A stretch of 64,000 nt of DNA from Mobula hypostoma (taxonomy: Eukaryota): the NCBI RefSeq assembly GCF_963921235.1, contig NC_086100.1:200324001-200388000 (forward strand), in the 5' to 3' direction. The position numbers were made by a program, and so were the translations under genes. The notes below the pieces were generated by a model. It made no database searches and had not been told where the DNA came from. It was given only the letters and a program-made list of their open reading frames with translations. Positions within the stretch are counted from its first letter, which is position 1. Each line of letters opens with the position of its first letter. This document shows, in pieces, positions 26,340 to 40,900 of this stretch.

Positions 26340-28330
26340 TATTGTCCATAAACTTTGCCATAAAGCCATCAATTCCATTATCCTTATCATTGACAAACAA
26401 TGTCAAAAGTAGTGGTCCCAATACTGATCCCCGAGGAACACCACTGGCAGCCAACCAGAAAAGGCCCTCTTTACTCCCACTCACTGCCTCCTGCTGTCAG
26501 CCATTCCTCTATCCATGTCAGTATCTTTCCTGTAACACCATAATATTTAATCTTGTTAAGCAGCCTCATGTGTGGCACTTTATCAAATGCCTTCTGAAAA
26601 TCCAAGTAAATAACATCCACTGCTTCTCTTTTGTCCATCCTGCTTGTTACTTGCTCAAAGAATTCTAACAGATTTCTCTGGCAAGATTTTCCTTCATAGA
26701 AACCATGCTGACTTGGACTTATTTTATCATTAGTCTCCAAGTACCCCAAAACCTTGTCCTTAATAACAGACTCCAACACTTTCCCAACCATTGAGGTTAG
26801 GTTAACTGGCCTATAATTTCCTCTCTTTTGCCCTCCTCCCCTCTTAAAGAGTGAGGTGACATTTGCAATCTTCCAGTCCTCCGGGACCATGCCAGAATCA
26901 AGTAATTCTTGAAAGATCATGACCAATGCATCATTTTCTCTTCAGCAACCTCTCTCAGGACTCTGGGATGTAGTCTATCTGGTCCAGGTGAATTATCGAC
27001 CTTGAGACCTTTGAGTTTGCCTGGCACTTTTTCCTTTCTAATAGCAATGGCACTCACTCCTGCTCCCTGACACTCAAGGACCTCTGGCATGCTGCTGGTG
27101 TCTTCCATAGTGAAAGCAGATGCAAAGTATCCATTAAGTTCACCTGCCATTTCTTTGTCCCCCATTACTACCTCACCAGCATCATTTTCCAGTGGTCCAA
27201 TATCAGCTCTCACCTCCCTTTTACTCTTTATGTTACTAAAAAAAAACTTTTAGTATCCTGCTTTATATTATTGGCTTGTTTGCCCTCATATTTCATCTTT
27301 TCCCTTTTTATGTCTTTTTTAGTTGCCTTTTGTTAGATTTTAAAAGTTTTCCAATCACCCAACTTCTCACTCACTTTTGCTACCTTATATGCCCTTTCCT
27401 TGGCTTTTATGCAGTCCTCAGCTTCCCTTGTCAGCCACAGATGCCTACCCCTGCCATTTGAGAACAACTTCATCTGTGGGACATATCTATCCTGCACCTT
27501 GCGAACTATTCCCACAAACTTTAAGCACCTCTGCTCTGCCATCATCCCTGCCAGTATCCTCTTCCAACCCACCTGGGCAAACTCCTCTCTCATGCCTCTG
27601 TAATTCCCTTTATTCTATTATAATACTGATACATGTGAGTTATGCTTTTCCCTCTCAAGTTGGAGTATGAATTCAATCATTTTATGATCACTGCTTCCTA
27701 AGGGTTCCTTTACGTCAAGCTCCCTAATAAGATCTGCGTTATTACACAACACCCGATCTAGGATGGCCTTTCCGCAAGTAGACTCAAGCACAAGCTGCTC
27801 GAAAAAGAACATTGTGTAGGCATTCAACAAATTCCCTCTCTTGTGATCAGACACCAACATGATTTTCCCAATTCCCTTGCATCTTGATATCCCCCATTAC
27901 AATTTTTGCATTATCCCTTACTACATGCCTTTTCCAGATCCCTTTGCAATCTCAACCTCACATCTTGGATACTGTTTAGAAGCCTATTATGATTCCCATA
28001 TTTTTTTTTGCCCGTGCAGTTTCTTAACTCCACCCAGAAAGATTGAACATTCTCTGACCCTATGTCACCTCTTTCTAAAGATGTAATTCCATCTCTTACC
28101 AACAGAGCCACACCACCGCCTGTGCCTTCCAGCTTGTCCTTTCGATACAAAGTATATCCTTTGATGTTAAGCTCCCAACTATGACCTTCTTTCAGCCATG
28201 ACTCAGTGATGCCCACAACATCATACCGATCAATCTCTAGTTGCACCATGCATTCATCCACCTTATTCTGAATACTACGTGCATTTAATATATCACCTTC
28301 AGTCCTACATTTTTTGCCTTTTTAAATTTT
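26340..28330 (-). mobile_element. Decayed CR1 ORF2 (endonuclease and RT)
   Basis: YDVVGITESWL, GGGVALLV, SDHKMIEF, LDFQKAFDKVPH. Confidence 0.9.
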
Positions 28331-28339
28331 GCCTTCCTT

Positions 28340-29350
28340 CCACAGGAAGGCGAAATGGTTAACAAGCCAGTGCAGAATACCCCGGTGGCCATCCCCCTCA
28401 ACAGCAGGTATATCACTTTGGATATTGCTGGGGGGGAGGGGGAGAACGCCTAACAGGGGAAAGTGACAGTGGTTGGGTCTCCAGCACTGTGTCTGGCTCT
28501 GTGACTCAGAAGGGAAGTGGCATGTTGTGGGGATAAGAGATTCATTATTTCAGGAACAGAATGAAGGTTCTGTGGGCGAGAATAAGATTCGCAGTTGGTA
28601 TGGTGCGTCCTGGGGGCCAGGGTCCAGGATGTCTTGGATCAAGACCTCAGCAATCTTAAGTGGGAGGGTGAACAGCCAGAGGTTGTGGTCCATGTAGATA
28701 GCAGTGACATGGGAAGGACGAATGACGAGGTTCTGCAGAGGGAGTTCAGGGAGTTAGGTGCTAAGTTAAAGGGCAGGGCCTCCAGGGTTGTGATCTCAGG
28801 ATTACTACACATCCCACATGCCAGTGAGCCCAGAACTAGGAAGATCAAACAGTTTAACACATGACTAAGGAGATGGTGTAGGAGGGAGGGCATAAAATTT
28901 TTGGATCATTGGGCTCTCCTCCAGGGAAGGTGGGACCTGTACAGAAGAGACGGTTGCCACGTGAACTGGAGGAGGACTAATATCCGAGTGGGAGGGTTTG
29001 TTAATACTGCACGGTGGGGTTTAGACTAGAGTTACAGGTGAACTGGAGGAGGACTAATATCCGAGTGGGAGGGTTTGTTAATACTGCACGGTGGGGTTTA
29101 GACTAGAGTTACAGGTGAACTGGAGGAGGACTAATATCCGAGTGGGAGGGTTTGTTAATACTGCACGGTGGGGTTTAGACTAGAGTTACAGGGGGATGGG
29201 AAACAAAGTGCCAGAACAGGTAGTGGAGAGGGCATGGAGACAGGTGTTGTTTCGACCTCAGACAAAGTCAGGAATCATAACGTTGAGCAGGGTGTGACTA
29301 ATGCCCTGAGCTGCATATTTATCAATGCAAGAATTATCGTAGGAAAGGCG
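28340..29350 (+). mobile_element. Decayed CR1 ORF1 (SGNH esterase-like) and ORF2 start
   Basis: GARVQDV, VVVHV..SD, RVVISGLL, FINAR. Confidence 0.8.
28961..29191. repeat. Tandem repeat, 3 x 77 bp
   Basis: Units start at 28961, 29038 and 29115 (gtgaactggaggagg...gagttacag) and appear identical. Confidence 0.95.
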
Positions 29351-29434
29351 GATCGGCCATGATGTAATGGTGGATCAGGCTCAATGAGCCAAATCGTCTA
29401 ATTCTGCTCCTATATCTTATAGGCTTATTGTCTT

Positions 29435-32400
29435 AGAATTCCTTCCAATACCCTTTCCACTGCTGATGACAGGCTCAACGTCCTATGATTTCCTGGTTTA
29501 TTTTTAGAGCTTTTCTTAAACAGCAGAACAACATTAGCTATCCTCCAATCCTACGGTACCTCACCTGTCACTAAGGATGATTTAAATGTCTCTGCTCGGA
29601 CCCCGGCACTTTCTGCTCTTGCATCTCTCAGGGTCCAAGGGATCACCTTCTCAGGCACTGGGGGTTTATACACCCTGATTTGCCTCAGGACAGCAAACAC
29701 CTCCTCCTCTGTAATCAGTATTGGGTGCATTACCTTGCTACTGCTTTGCCTCATTTCTATAGACTCCGTGAATGTCTTCTGAGTAAATACAGATGCAAAA
29801 AATCCATTTAAGATCTCCCCTGTCTCTTTTCACGTCATGAGTAGATCACCATTCTGATCTTCCAGAGGACCAGTTTTGTCCCTTGCAATCCTTTTGCTCT
29901 GAATATATCTGTAGAATGTGATGGGACCTTCCTTCACCTTGTCTGTAAGGCAACCTCATTCTTCTTTCAGCCCTGATTTTGTTCTTAAGTGTTCTCTTGC
30001 CTTTCATTTTCTCCATAAATACCTCATTTCTTCCTACCTGCCTACACATGCTCTGCACCTCTTTTGTTTTAACCAGGGCCTCAGTATCTTTTGAAAACCA
30101 AGGTTCCCTAAATCTGTTATCTCTACATTTTATTCTGACAGTCACACACAAACTTTGATCTCTCAAAATTTCACCTTTGAAGGCCTCCCACTTACCAAGC
30201 ACACCTTTGCCAGAAAGCAGCCTGTCCCAATCCACACTTCCCAGATAATTTTTGACCGTTCAAAAATTGACCATTCTCCAATTTAGAATCTCATCCCACA
30301 AACCAGACTTAACTTTTTCCATATTTACTTTGAACTAATGACACTGTGATCACTAAATGTAAAGTGTTCCCCGACACAAAGTAATGTCACCTGCCCTGTC
30401 TCATTCCCCAACAGCAGATCAAGTATCACACTCTCTTGTTGGGACTTCTACGTACTTATTATGAAAGCTTTCCAGAACACTTTTAACAAACTCTATAACA
30501 TCTAGTCCTTTTACAGTACGGGAGTTCCAGTGGATACGTGGAAAGTTAAAATCACCTACTATAACAACCTAACTTTTTTTGCAACAGTCTGTGATGTCAT
30601 GACAATTTTTTCCTCTAATTCCCTCAGACTGGTGGGTGGTCTGTAATGTAGCCCCACTAACATGGTCACATGTTTCTTATTTCTCAGTTCCACTCAGAAC
30701 GCTTCACTGGGGAGTTTTCCAGTCTATCCTGACTGAGCACTGCCATGACATTTTCCTTGACTAGTAATGCCCCCTTCCTTTAACCCCTCCCAATCTGTTC
30801 TGTATAAACCAACGGAACACCTGAATATTGGACCATAAGACATAGGAGCAGAAGTAGTCCATCTGGCCCATCGAGTGTTCTCTACCATTCAAACATGGCT
30901 GATCCTTTTTTTATCTCCTCCTCAACACCAGCTCCCAGCCTTCTCCCCATAACCTTTGATGCCATGTCCAATCAAGAACCTATCAATCTCTGCCTTAAAT
31001 ACACCCAACAACCTGGCCTCCACAGCTGCATGTGACAACAAATTCCACAAATTCACCACCCTTTGGCTAAAGAAATTTCTCTGCAGCTCTATTTTGAATA
31101 GACGCCCCTTTATCCCGAGGCCGAGCCCTCTTGTTCTAGACTCTACCACATCCTTTCCACATCTATTCTGTCTAGGCTCTTCAACATTCGAAGGGTTTCA
31201 GTGAGATCCCCCCCCCCATCCTTCTGAACTCCAGCGAGTACAGACCCAGAGCCATCAAACATTCCTCGTATCATAATCCTTTCATTCCTGGAATCATCCT
31301 TGTGAACCTCCTCTGGACCCTCTCCAATGCCAGCACATCTTTTCTAAGATGAGGGGCCCAAAACTGTTCACAATACTCAAGGTGAGGCCTCACCAGTGCC
31401 TTATAAAGCTTCAGCATCACATCCCTGCTCTTGTATTCTAGACCTCTTGAAATGAATGCTAACATTGCATTTGCCTTCCTCACCACCGACTCAACCTGCA
31501 AGTTAACCATCAGGGTGTTCTGCACAAGAACTCCCAAGTCCGTCTGCATCTCAGATTCCTGGATTTTCTCCCCATTTAGAAAATAGTCCGCACATTTATT
31601 TCTACTACCAAAGTGCATGACCATGCATTTTCCAACATTGTATTTCATTTGCCACTCTCTTGCTCATTTTCCTAATCTGTCTAAGTCCTTCTGCATCCTA
31701 CCTGTTTCCTCAACACTACCAGCCCCTCCACCAGTCTTTGTATCATCTGCAAGCTTGGCAACAAAGCCATCTATTCCATCATCTAAATCATTTATATACA
31801 GCATAAAAGAAGTGGTCCCAACACCAACCCCTACGGAACACCACCGGTCACTGGCAGCCAACCAGAAAGGGATCCTTTTATTCCCAGTCAATACCTCCTA
31901 CCAATGCTCTACCATGTTAGTAACTTTCCTGTGATACCATGGGCTCTGAACTTGGTAAGCAGCCTCATGTGTGGCACCTATCAAAGGCCTTCTGAAAGTC
32001 CAAATATACAACATCCACTGCATCTCCTTTATCTATCCGACCTGTAATCTCCCCAAAGAATTACAACGGGTTCGTCTGGCAGGATTTTCCCTGAAGGAAA
32101 CCATGCTGACTTTGTCCTATCTTGTCCTGTGTCAGCTAGTACTCCATCACCTCATCCTTAACAATTGACTCTAACATCTTCCCAACCACTGAGCTCAGGT
32201 TAACTGGTCTATAATTTCCGTTCTGCTGCCTTCTTCCTTTCTTAATGAATGGTGTGACATTTGCAATTTTCCAGTCCTCTGGCACCATGCCAGAGTCCAA
32301 TGATTTCTGAAAGATCATTTCTAATGCCACCACAATCTCTAACGCTACGTCTTTCAGAACCCTAGGGTGCAATTTCTCTGGTCCGGGTGACTTATGTACC

Positions 32401-33000
32401 TTTAGGTCTTTCAGTTTTTTGAGCACCTTCTCTCTTGGAACAGTAACTGCACCCACTTCCTTCACACACGACAACATCAGGACTACTGCTGGTGTCTTCC
32501 ACAGTGAAGACTGATGCAAAATACTCACTTAGTTCATCAGCCAACTCCTTGTCCCCAATTATTATTTCTCCTGTCTCATTTTCAAGCAGTCCTATATCCA
32601 CTCTCATTTCTTTTTTATTTTTAACATACTTGAAAAAGCTTTTACTATCCACTTTGATATTGTTTGCTAGAATGCTTTCATATTTCATCTTTCCCTTCTA
32701 ATGATTCTTCTAGCTGCTCTCTGTAGATGTTTAAAACCTTCCCAGTCCTTTATCTTGCACTAATTTTTGCTTTGTTGTATGCCCTCTCTTCTGTTTTTAC
32801 ATTAGCTTTGACTTCCCTTGTCAGCCATGGTTGTACTATTTTACCATTTGAGTAAATCTTCATTTTTGGAATACACATGTCCTGCACCTTCCTCATTTTC
32901 CCCAGAAATGCATGCCATTGCTGCTCTGCTGACATCCCTGCCAGTAGCTCCTTCCAGTTTACTTTGACCAACTCCTCTCATACCACTGTAATTCTCCTGC
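29435..33000 (-). mobile_element. Two stacked decayed CR1 LINEs (about 29435-30830 and 30832-33000)
   Basis: ORF2 remnants at 29551-30235 and 30922-32971; CR1 3' tail near 30832. Confidence 0.85.
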
Positions 33001-33177
33001 TATGACAGACTCACCAACACATGAACCTGAAACACTGACCCTGTTTCTCTCTCCACAGATGCTGCCTCACATGCTGGGTATTTCAAGGATTCTCTGATTT
33101 CAACCCAGGGGAAAAAAATCCAGTGCAGAATCTTCATTACATTTCCTCAGAGAAAGTGCATCATTCATTTACTAGGA

Positions 33178-36100
33178 CAGCATTCCCCTAAACTATGTAA
33201 GTCTCTCTGCAGGCTCTCTGTTTCCTCAACACTACGCACTCCCCCACCTATCTTTGTATCATAGGCAAATTTAGACACAAATCCATTAATCCTATAGTTC
33301 ACATCTTTGACATACATCAAAAAAGCAGTGGTCCAAACAGCGACCCCTGTGGAACTCCACTGGTAACCGGCAGTCAGCCAGAATAGGTTCCCTTTATTCT
33401 CACTCTCTGTTTTCTGCTGATCAGCCAATACTCCACCCATGCTAGTAACTTCCCTGTAATTTCATAGGCTCTTATCTTGCTAAGCAGCCTCATGTGCGGC
33501 ACCTTGTCAAAGGCCTTCTGAAAATCCAAGTACACCACGTCGACTGCATCTCCTTTGTCTGCCCTGCTTGTCATTTCCTCAAATAATTGCAGTAGGTTTT
33601 TCAGGCAGGATTTTCCTTTCAGGAAACCTTGCTGGCTTTGGCCTATCTTGTCATGTGCCTGCAGATATTCCATAACCTGATCCCTAACAATTGATTTGAA
33701 CAATTTCCCAACCACTGATGTCAGGTTAACAGGTCTATAGTTTCCTTTTTGCTGCCTCCCACCTTTCTTAAATAGCGGAGTAACATTTGCAATTTTCCAG
33801 TCATCCAGTACAATACCAGAATCTACTGATTCTTGAAAGATCATTGTTAATGCCTCCGCAATCTCTCCAGCTACTTCCTTCAGAACCCAAGGCTGCAAGG
33901 TTGAATAATTACTTTGGTTCTGTCTTCACTAAGGAGGACATAAATAATCTTCCAGAAATAGTAAGGGACAGAGGGTCCAGTGAGATGGAGGAACTGAGCG
34001 AAATACATGTTAGTAGGGAAGTGGTGTTAGGTAAATTGAAGGGATTGAAGGCAGATAAATCCCCAGGGCCAGATGGTCTGCATCCCAGAGTGCTTAAGGA
34101 AGTGGCCCAAGAAATAGTGGATGCATTAGTGATAATTTTTCAAAACTCGTTAGATTCTGGACTAGTTCCTGAGGATTTGAGGGTGGCTAATGTAACCCCA
34201 CTTTTTAAAAAAGGAGGGAGAGAGAAACCGGGGAATTATAGGCCGGTTAGCCTAACGTCGGTGGTGGGGAAACTGCTGGAGTCAGTTATCAAGGATGTGA
34301 TAACAGCACATTTGGAAAGCGGTGAAATGATCGGACGAAGTCAGCATGGATTTGTGAAAGGAAAATCATGTCTGACGAATCTCATAGAATTTTTTGAGGA
34401 TGTAACTAGTAGAGTGGATAGGGGAGAACCAGTGGATGTGGTATATTTGGATTTTCAAAAGGCTTTTGACAAGGTCCCACACAGGAGATTAGTGTGCAAA
34501 CTTAAAGCACATGGTATTGGGGGTAAGGTATTGGTGTGGGTGGAGAATTGGTTAGCAGACAGGAAGCAAAGAGTGGGAATAAACGGGACCTTTTCAGAAT
34601 GGCAGGCGGTGACTAGTGGGGTACCGCAAGGCTCAGTGCTGGGACCCCAGTTGTTTACAATATATATTAATGACTTGGATGAGGGAATTAAATGCAGCAT
34701 CTCCAAGTTTGCGGATGACACGAAGCTGGGTGGCAGTGTTAGCAGTGAGGAGGATGCTAAGAGGATGCAGGGTGACTTGGATAGGTTGGGTGAGTGGGCA
34801 AACTCATGGCAGATGCAATTTAATGTGGATAAATGTGAAGTTATCCACTTTGGTGGCAAAAATAGGAAAACAGATTATTATCTGAATGGTGGCCGATTAG
34901 GAAAAGGGGAGGTGCAACGAGACCTGGGTGTCATTATACACCAGTCATTGAAAGTGGGCATGCAGGTACAGCAGGCGGTGAAAAAGGCGAACGGTATGCT
35001 GGCATTTATAGCGAGAGGATTCGAGTACAGGAGCAGGGAGGTACTACTGCAGTTGTACAAGGCCTTGGTGAGACCACACCTGGAGTATTGTGTGCAGTTT
35101 TGGTCCCCTAATCTGAGGAAAGACATCCTTGCCATAGAGGGAGTACAAAGAAGGTTCACCAGATTGATTCCTGGGATGGCAGGTCTTTCATATGAAGAAA
35201 GACTGGATGAACTGGGCTTGTACTCGTTGGAATTTAGAAGATTGAGGGGGGATCTGATTGAAACGTATAAGATCCTAAAGGGATTGGACAGGCTAGATGC
35301 GGGAAGATTGTTCCCGATGTTGGGGAGGTCTAGAACGAGGGGTCACAGTTTGAGGATAGAGGGGAAGCCTTTTAGGACCGAGGTTAGGAAAAACTTCTTC
35401 ACACAGAGAGTGGTGAATCTGTGGAATTCTCTGCCACAGCAAACTGTTGAGGCCAGTTCATTAGCTATGTTTAAAAGGAAGTTAGATATGGCCCTTGTGG
35501 CTACAGGGGTCACGGGGTATGGAGGGAAGGCTGGGTTCTGAGTTGGATGATCAGCCATGATCATAATAAATGGCGGTGCAGGCTCGAAGGGCCGAATGGC
35601 CTACTCCTGCACCTATTTTCTATGTTTCTATGTTTCTATTCCATCAGGTCCAGGAGATTTATCCACCCTCAGACCGTTAAGTTTCCTGAGCATCTTCTCA
35701 GTCGTAATTTTCTCTGCACATACTTCACTTCCCTGACACTCTTGAATGTCCAGTATACTGCAGATGTCTTCCACTGTGAAGATTGATGCAAAATACGCAT
35801 TCAGTTCCTCTGTCATCTCTGCATCTCTCATTACAATATCTCCAGCATCATTTTCTATTGGTCCTATATCTACCATCAACTCTCTTTTACCCTTTATACA
35901 CTTAAAAAAGCTTTTAGTATCTTCTTTGATATTAGTCACCAGCTTCCTCTCATAATTCAACTTTTCCCTCCTAATGACCTTCTTAGTTTCCTTCTGCAAG
36001 TTTTTAAAAGCTCCCCAATCCTCTATCTTCCCACTAACTTTGGCTTCCTTGTATGCCCTCTCTTTTGCTTTTACTTTGGTTCTGACTTCACTTGTCAGCC

Positions 36101-37430
36101 ATGGTAGTGTCCTTCTTCCCTTTGAAAATTTCTTCTTAATTTGGAATCCAGCCATTGCTGCTCTGTTGTCCTTCCTGCAAATGTCCCTTTCCAGTCAATT
36201 TCGGCCCGTTCCCCTCTCATGCCATTGTAACTTCCTTTACTCCACTGAAATACCGACACATTGGATTTTAGTTTCTCCTTCTCAAATTTCAAAGTGAACT
36301 CGATCATATTGTGATCACTGTTCCCTAAACGTTCCTTAACCATAAGCTCTGTTATCACGTCCGGATCGTTGCACAACACCCAATCCAGCACAGCCAATTC
36401 CCTAGTGGGCTCAACAACAAGCTGTTCTAAAAAGCCATCCCTTAGACATTCTACAAATTCTCTCTTGAGGTCCAGTACTGGCCTGGTTTTCCCAATCCAC
36501 TTTCATGTTAAAATCCCCAACGATTATCATGACTTCGCCCTTCTGACACGCCTTTTCTATCTCCTGCTGTAATTTGTAATCCACATCCTGGATGCTGTTT
36601 GGAGGCCTGTATACAACTGCCATTAGGGTCCTTTTACCCTTGTCATTTTTTAACTCAACCCATAGAAACTCTACACCTTCCGATCCTATGTCATCCCTTT
36701 CTCATGATTTAATATTATTTCTAATACATAGGGCCATACCACCCCCTCTGCCTACCAACCTAACTTTCCAATACACCGTATATCCTTGGATGTTCAGCTC
36801 CCAATGGCAGCCATCCTTTTGCCAAGTCTCAGAGACGGCCACAACGTCATACTTGCCAATCTGTAGCTTAACTTTAAGATCGTCCATTTTATTTCTTATG
36901 CTTACTGCATTCAGATTTAACACTCTCAGTCCAGAATTTGTTGCTTTCGATTGCAAATCATCTCACTGGCTGTGATTATGCCTCATCTCCTGCCTGTCCT
37001 TCCTATCATCTCTGTTGCACGCTACCTTTGATTTATTTATGTTTTCCCCTTTCTCAGCCCTATCACTCCAGCTCCTATCCCCCTGCCAAATTAGTTTCAA
37101 CCCTCCGTACCAGCTCTGCTCGGGTATTGGACCCCTTTGGGTTCAGGTGTAACCTGTTCTTTTTGTACAGGTCATACACCCCCCCCCCCCAGAAGAGGCC
37201 CCAATGATCCAGGAATCCGAAGCCCTGCCCCCTCAGCCATGCATTAATATTCCTGATCGTGCTATTCTTGTACTCGTTAGCACGTGGCACAGGCAGCAAT
37301 CCTGAGATTACTACCCTGGAGGTCCTGCTTTTCAGCTTCCTACCCAACTCCCTGAATTCCCTCTTCAGGACCTCCTCCCTATTTCTACCAATGTCATTGG
37401 TACAACGTGTATCAGGACTTCTGGCTTTCC
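33178..37430 (-). mobile_element. Decayed CR1 (ORF1 end, endonuclease, RT) hosting a younger opposite-strand CR1
   Basis: DKSPGPDG (near 35640) rejoins MQPWVLKEVA (33897) once the insert is removed. Confidence 0.88.
33898..35638 (+). mobile_element. Young 5'-truncated CR1 with an uninterrupted RT-to-C-terminus frame
   Basis: About 547 open codons with RT motifs (QHGF, DFQKAFD, PQGSVLGP, FADD), a 3' UTR and a (tctatgtt)n tail. Essentially a blunt insertion. Confidence 0.95.
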
Positions 37431-37997
37431 ACTAGAACACTTCTTTCTCTTTGAGATGTAAATATCCAATGCCTTCTGAATTGCTTCCAGAAATTCCAGT
37501 CAATGCTGCTCTGTCATCAATCTGCCAGTGTTCTTCTCCAATCAATTCTGGCCAACTGCTCTTCTCATGCCTCTGCAACTTCCTTTACTCCACTGTAATA
37601 CTGATACATCTGACTTTAGCTTCTCCTTCTCAAATTTTAGGGTGCATTTGACCCGAAAGGTTCTTTTACCTTAAACACGCTGATCAATTCTGGTTCATTG
37701 CACCACACCCGATCCAGAATCCCCTAGTGGGCTCAATCATGAGCTGCTCCAAAAAGCCATCTCATAGGCATGCTAGAAATTCCCCTCTTGGAATCCATTA
37801 CCAACCTGATTTTACCAGTCTACCTGCATATTGAAGTCCCCCATGACTATTGTAACATTGCCATTTTGGCATGTATTTTTTTTAACTTCCATTGTAATTT
37901 GTAGACCACATCCTTACTGCTGATTAGGGGTCTGTATACAACTTCCATCAGGGTCTTTCTAACCTGACAGACCCTTTGCTCTACCCACAATAATTCG

Positions 37998-40900
37998 AAA
38001 CATTCCGGCCCTGTGTCACCTCCTTCTAATGATTTGATTTCATTTTTTGCCAATAGAGCAACACCACCCACCCTTCTTTCAGCCATGATTCAGTGATGCC
38101 TACAACATTACACCTGCCAATCAACAACTGTGCTGCAAGTTCATCTGCCTTATTACATATACTGCACACATTCAAATATAAATCTTATAGTCGTGTATTC
38201 ACCCTTTTCAATTTTGTCCGCCTTTTACATTGCAACTCATCCTGTTGACTACAATTTTGCCCTATCAACAGCTTCTCACTACACAATGCCTCTGTTTGTA
38301 AACCAACCAGCTCATCCTCAGCACTACCATCCGACTTTCCGACGATGCTTCCTACGATCATTAATGAATTAACATGTCCAAAGGGCATGACTAGGTATTC
38401 ATAATGCCCAGTGGGGGTATTGAGTATCACCTTCCATTCATCACACTGACAAATCCAAATCCAATTAAATCCAAGATCCAACTTAGTGAGGAATTTGACC
38501 CTTGCAGTAAATCAAGGGCTGAGTTCATTAATGATAAGCAGTAATGATTTTTATTGGTAATCTTGTTAAGATTTCAATAATCAATACAGGGTCACAAACA
38601 GGAGAAAATCTGCAGATGCTGGAAATCTGAGCAACACACACAATGCTGGAGGAACTCAGCTGGCCAGGCAGTGTCTATGGAAAAATGTATGGTTGACATT
38701 CTGGGCCGAGACCCTTCGGCAGGACTGGAGAAAAAATGGCTGAGGAGTAGATTTAAAATGTCGGGGGAGAGGAGAGAGAAACACAAGGTGATAGGTGAAA
38801 CCTGGAGGGGAGGGTCAAAGTAAAGAGCTGGGAAGTTGATTGGTGAAAGGGACAGAAGGCAACAGAAGAAAGAAAAAGGGGGAAGGAGCACCGGAGGAGG
38901 TGACGGGTGGGAAAGGAGATAAGGTGAGAGAGGGAAAGGGGACGGGGTGGCTGGGGGCATTGCCAGAAGTTTGAGAAATTGATGTTCATGCCATCAATAC
39001 TCCAAGTGCGGCCTGACTAGTGTCTTATAAAGGCTCAGCATTATCATCTTGCTTTCATATTCTGCTCCTCTCAAAAAAAATTTGCATTTGTCTTTTTTTA
39101 TCACAGACTCAACTTCTAAATTAGCCTTCTGGGAGTCTTGCACAAGCAGTCCTGAAGTCCTCTGCAGCTTTGATGTTTGAACCTTCTCCCATTTAGGTAA
39201 TAGTCTGCACCATTATTCCTTTTACCAAAATGCATTATCATACATTTCTCAACAGTGTATTCCATCTGACAATTTTTGTCCATTCTTCCAATTTGTCTAA
39301 GTCTTGCTACAATCACATTGCTTCCTCAGCACTACCTACCCCTCCACCTATCTTCATATCATCCGCAAATTTTGCCACAAAGCCATCGATTCCATTATTA
39401 TTGACAAACAATATGAAAAGTAATTGTTCCAATTCTGACACCTGAGGAACGCCAGCAGACAACCAGAAAAGGTTACTTGCATTCACAGCCTGTCAGCCAT
39501 TCCTCTATCCATACCTGTATCTTTCCTATAACACCATAGGATTTTATCCTGTTAAGCTTCCTCATGTGTGGCATCTTATCAAATGCCTTCTGAAAATCCT
39601 AGTAAATGACATCGACAGCCTCTCCTTTGTCTACCCTGCTTGTGACTTTCTCAAACAACTCAAAAAGATTTGTCAGGCAAGATTTCCCTTCACAGAAACC
39701 ATGTTGACTTTGACTTATTTTATCATTAGTCTCCAAGTAGCCTGAAACCTTATCCATAATAACAGACTCCAACACTTTCCCAACCACTGAGGCCTATAAT
39801 TTCCTCTCTTTTGCCTTCATCCCTTCTTAAAGAGTGGAGTGACATTTGCAATCTTCCATACCTCCAGGACCATGCCAGAATCAAGTGATTCTTGAATGAT
39901 CATGATCAATGTATCCATTATCTCTTCAGCAGCCTCTCTCAGGACTCTGGGATGTTGTCCATCTGGTTCAGGTAACTTACCCATCTTAAGGCATTTCAGT
40001 TTGCCAAGCACTTTTTCCTTTGTAATAGCAATGGCACTCACTGCTGCTCCCTGACACTCACGGACCTCTGGCACACTCCTAGTGTCTTCCACAGTGAAGT
40101 CTGATGCAAAGTACCCATTAAGTTCATCTGTCATTTCTTTGTCCCCCATTACTACCTCACCAGCATCATTTTCCACTGGTCCAATATCGGCTCTCACCTC
40201 CCTTTTACTCTTTTATAACTGAAAAATCTTTTAGTATCCTACTTTATACTATTGGCCAGTCTGCCCTCATTTCATCTTTTCCCTTCTTATAGGTTTTTAA
40301 AATGCATTTTGTTGGATTTTAAAAGCTTTCCAATCATCCAACTTCTCACTCACTTTTACAACATTATATGCACTTTCCTTGGCTTTCATGTAGTCCTTAG
40401 CTTCCTTCGTCAGCCACGGTTCCCTATCCCTGCCATTAGAGAGCTTCTTCTTCTGTGGGACATATCTACCCTACACCTTGTGAACTATTCCTGTCTCTGC
40501 TCTGCTGTCATCCCCGCCGGTATCCTCCTCCAATCCACCTGGACAAGCTTCTCTCTCGTGCCTCTGTAATTCCCTTTATTCCATTGCGATTCTGATTGAT
40601 ATGACTTATGCTTCTCCCTCTCAAATTGCAGTCTGAATTCAATCATATCATGATCACCGCCTCCTTGGGGTTCCTTCACATTGATCATCTGGATAGCCAG
40701 AGGCTTTTTCCCAGGGCTGCAACGGCTAACACGAAGGAGCATAGTTTTAAGGTGCTTGGAAATAGGTACCGAGGGGATGTCAGGGGTAAGTTTTTCACAC
40801 TGAGAGTGGTGGGTGCATGGAATGCACTGCTGGCGGTGGTGGTGGTAGGAGTGGATACAATAGGGTCTTTTAAGAGACTCTTAGATAGGTACATGGAGCT

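Noticed and set aside
28961..29191. CRISPR-like array
   Set aside because: The units are contiguous with no spacers, the context is eukaryotic, and the sequence is CR1-derived.
33787..35541. 584-aa ORF as a host or domesticated gene
   Set aside because: It is a 5'-truncated CR1 ORF2 with a LINE tail; its first ~37 codons are antisense sequence of the host CR1.
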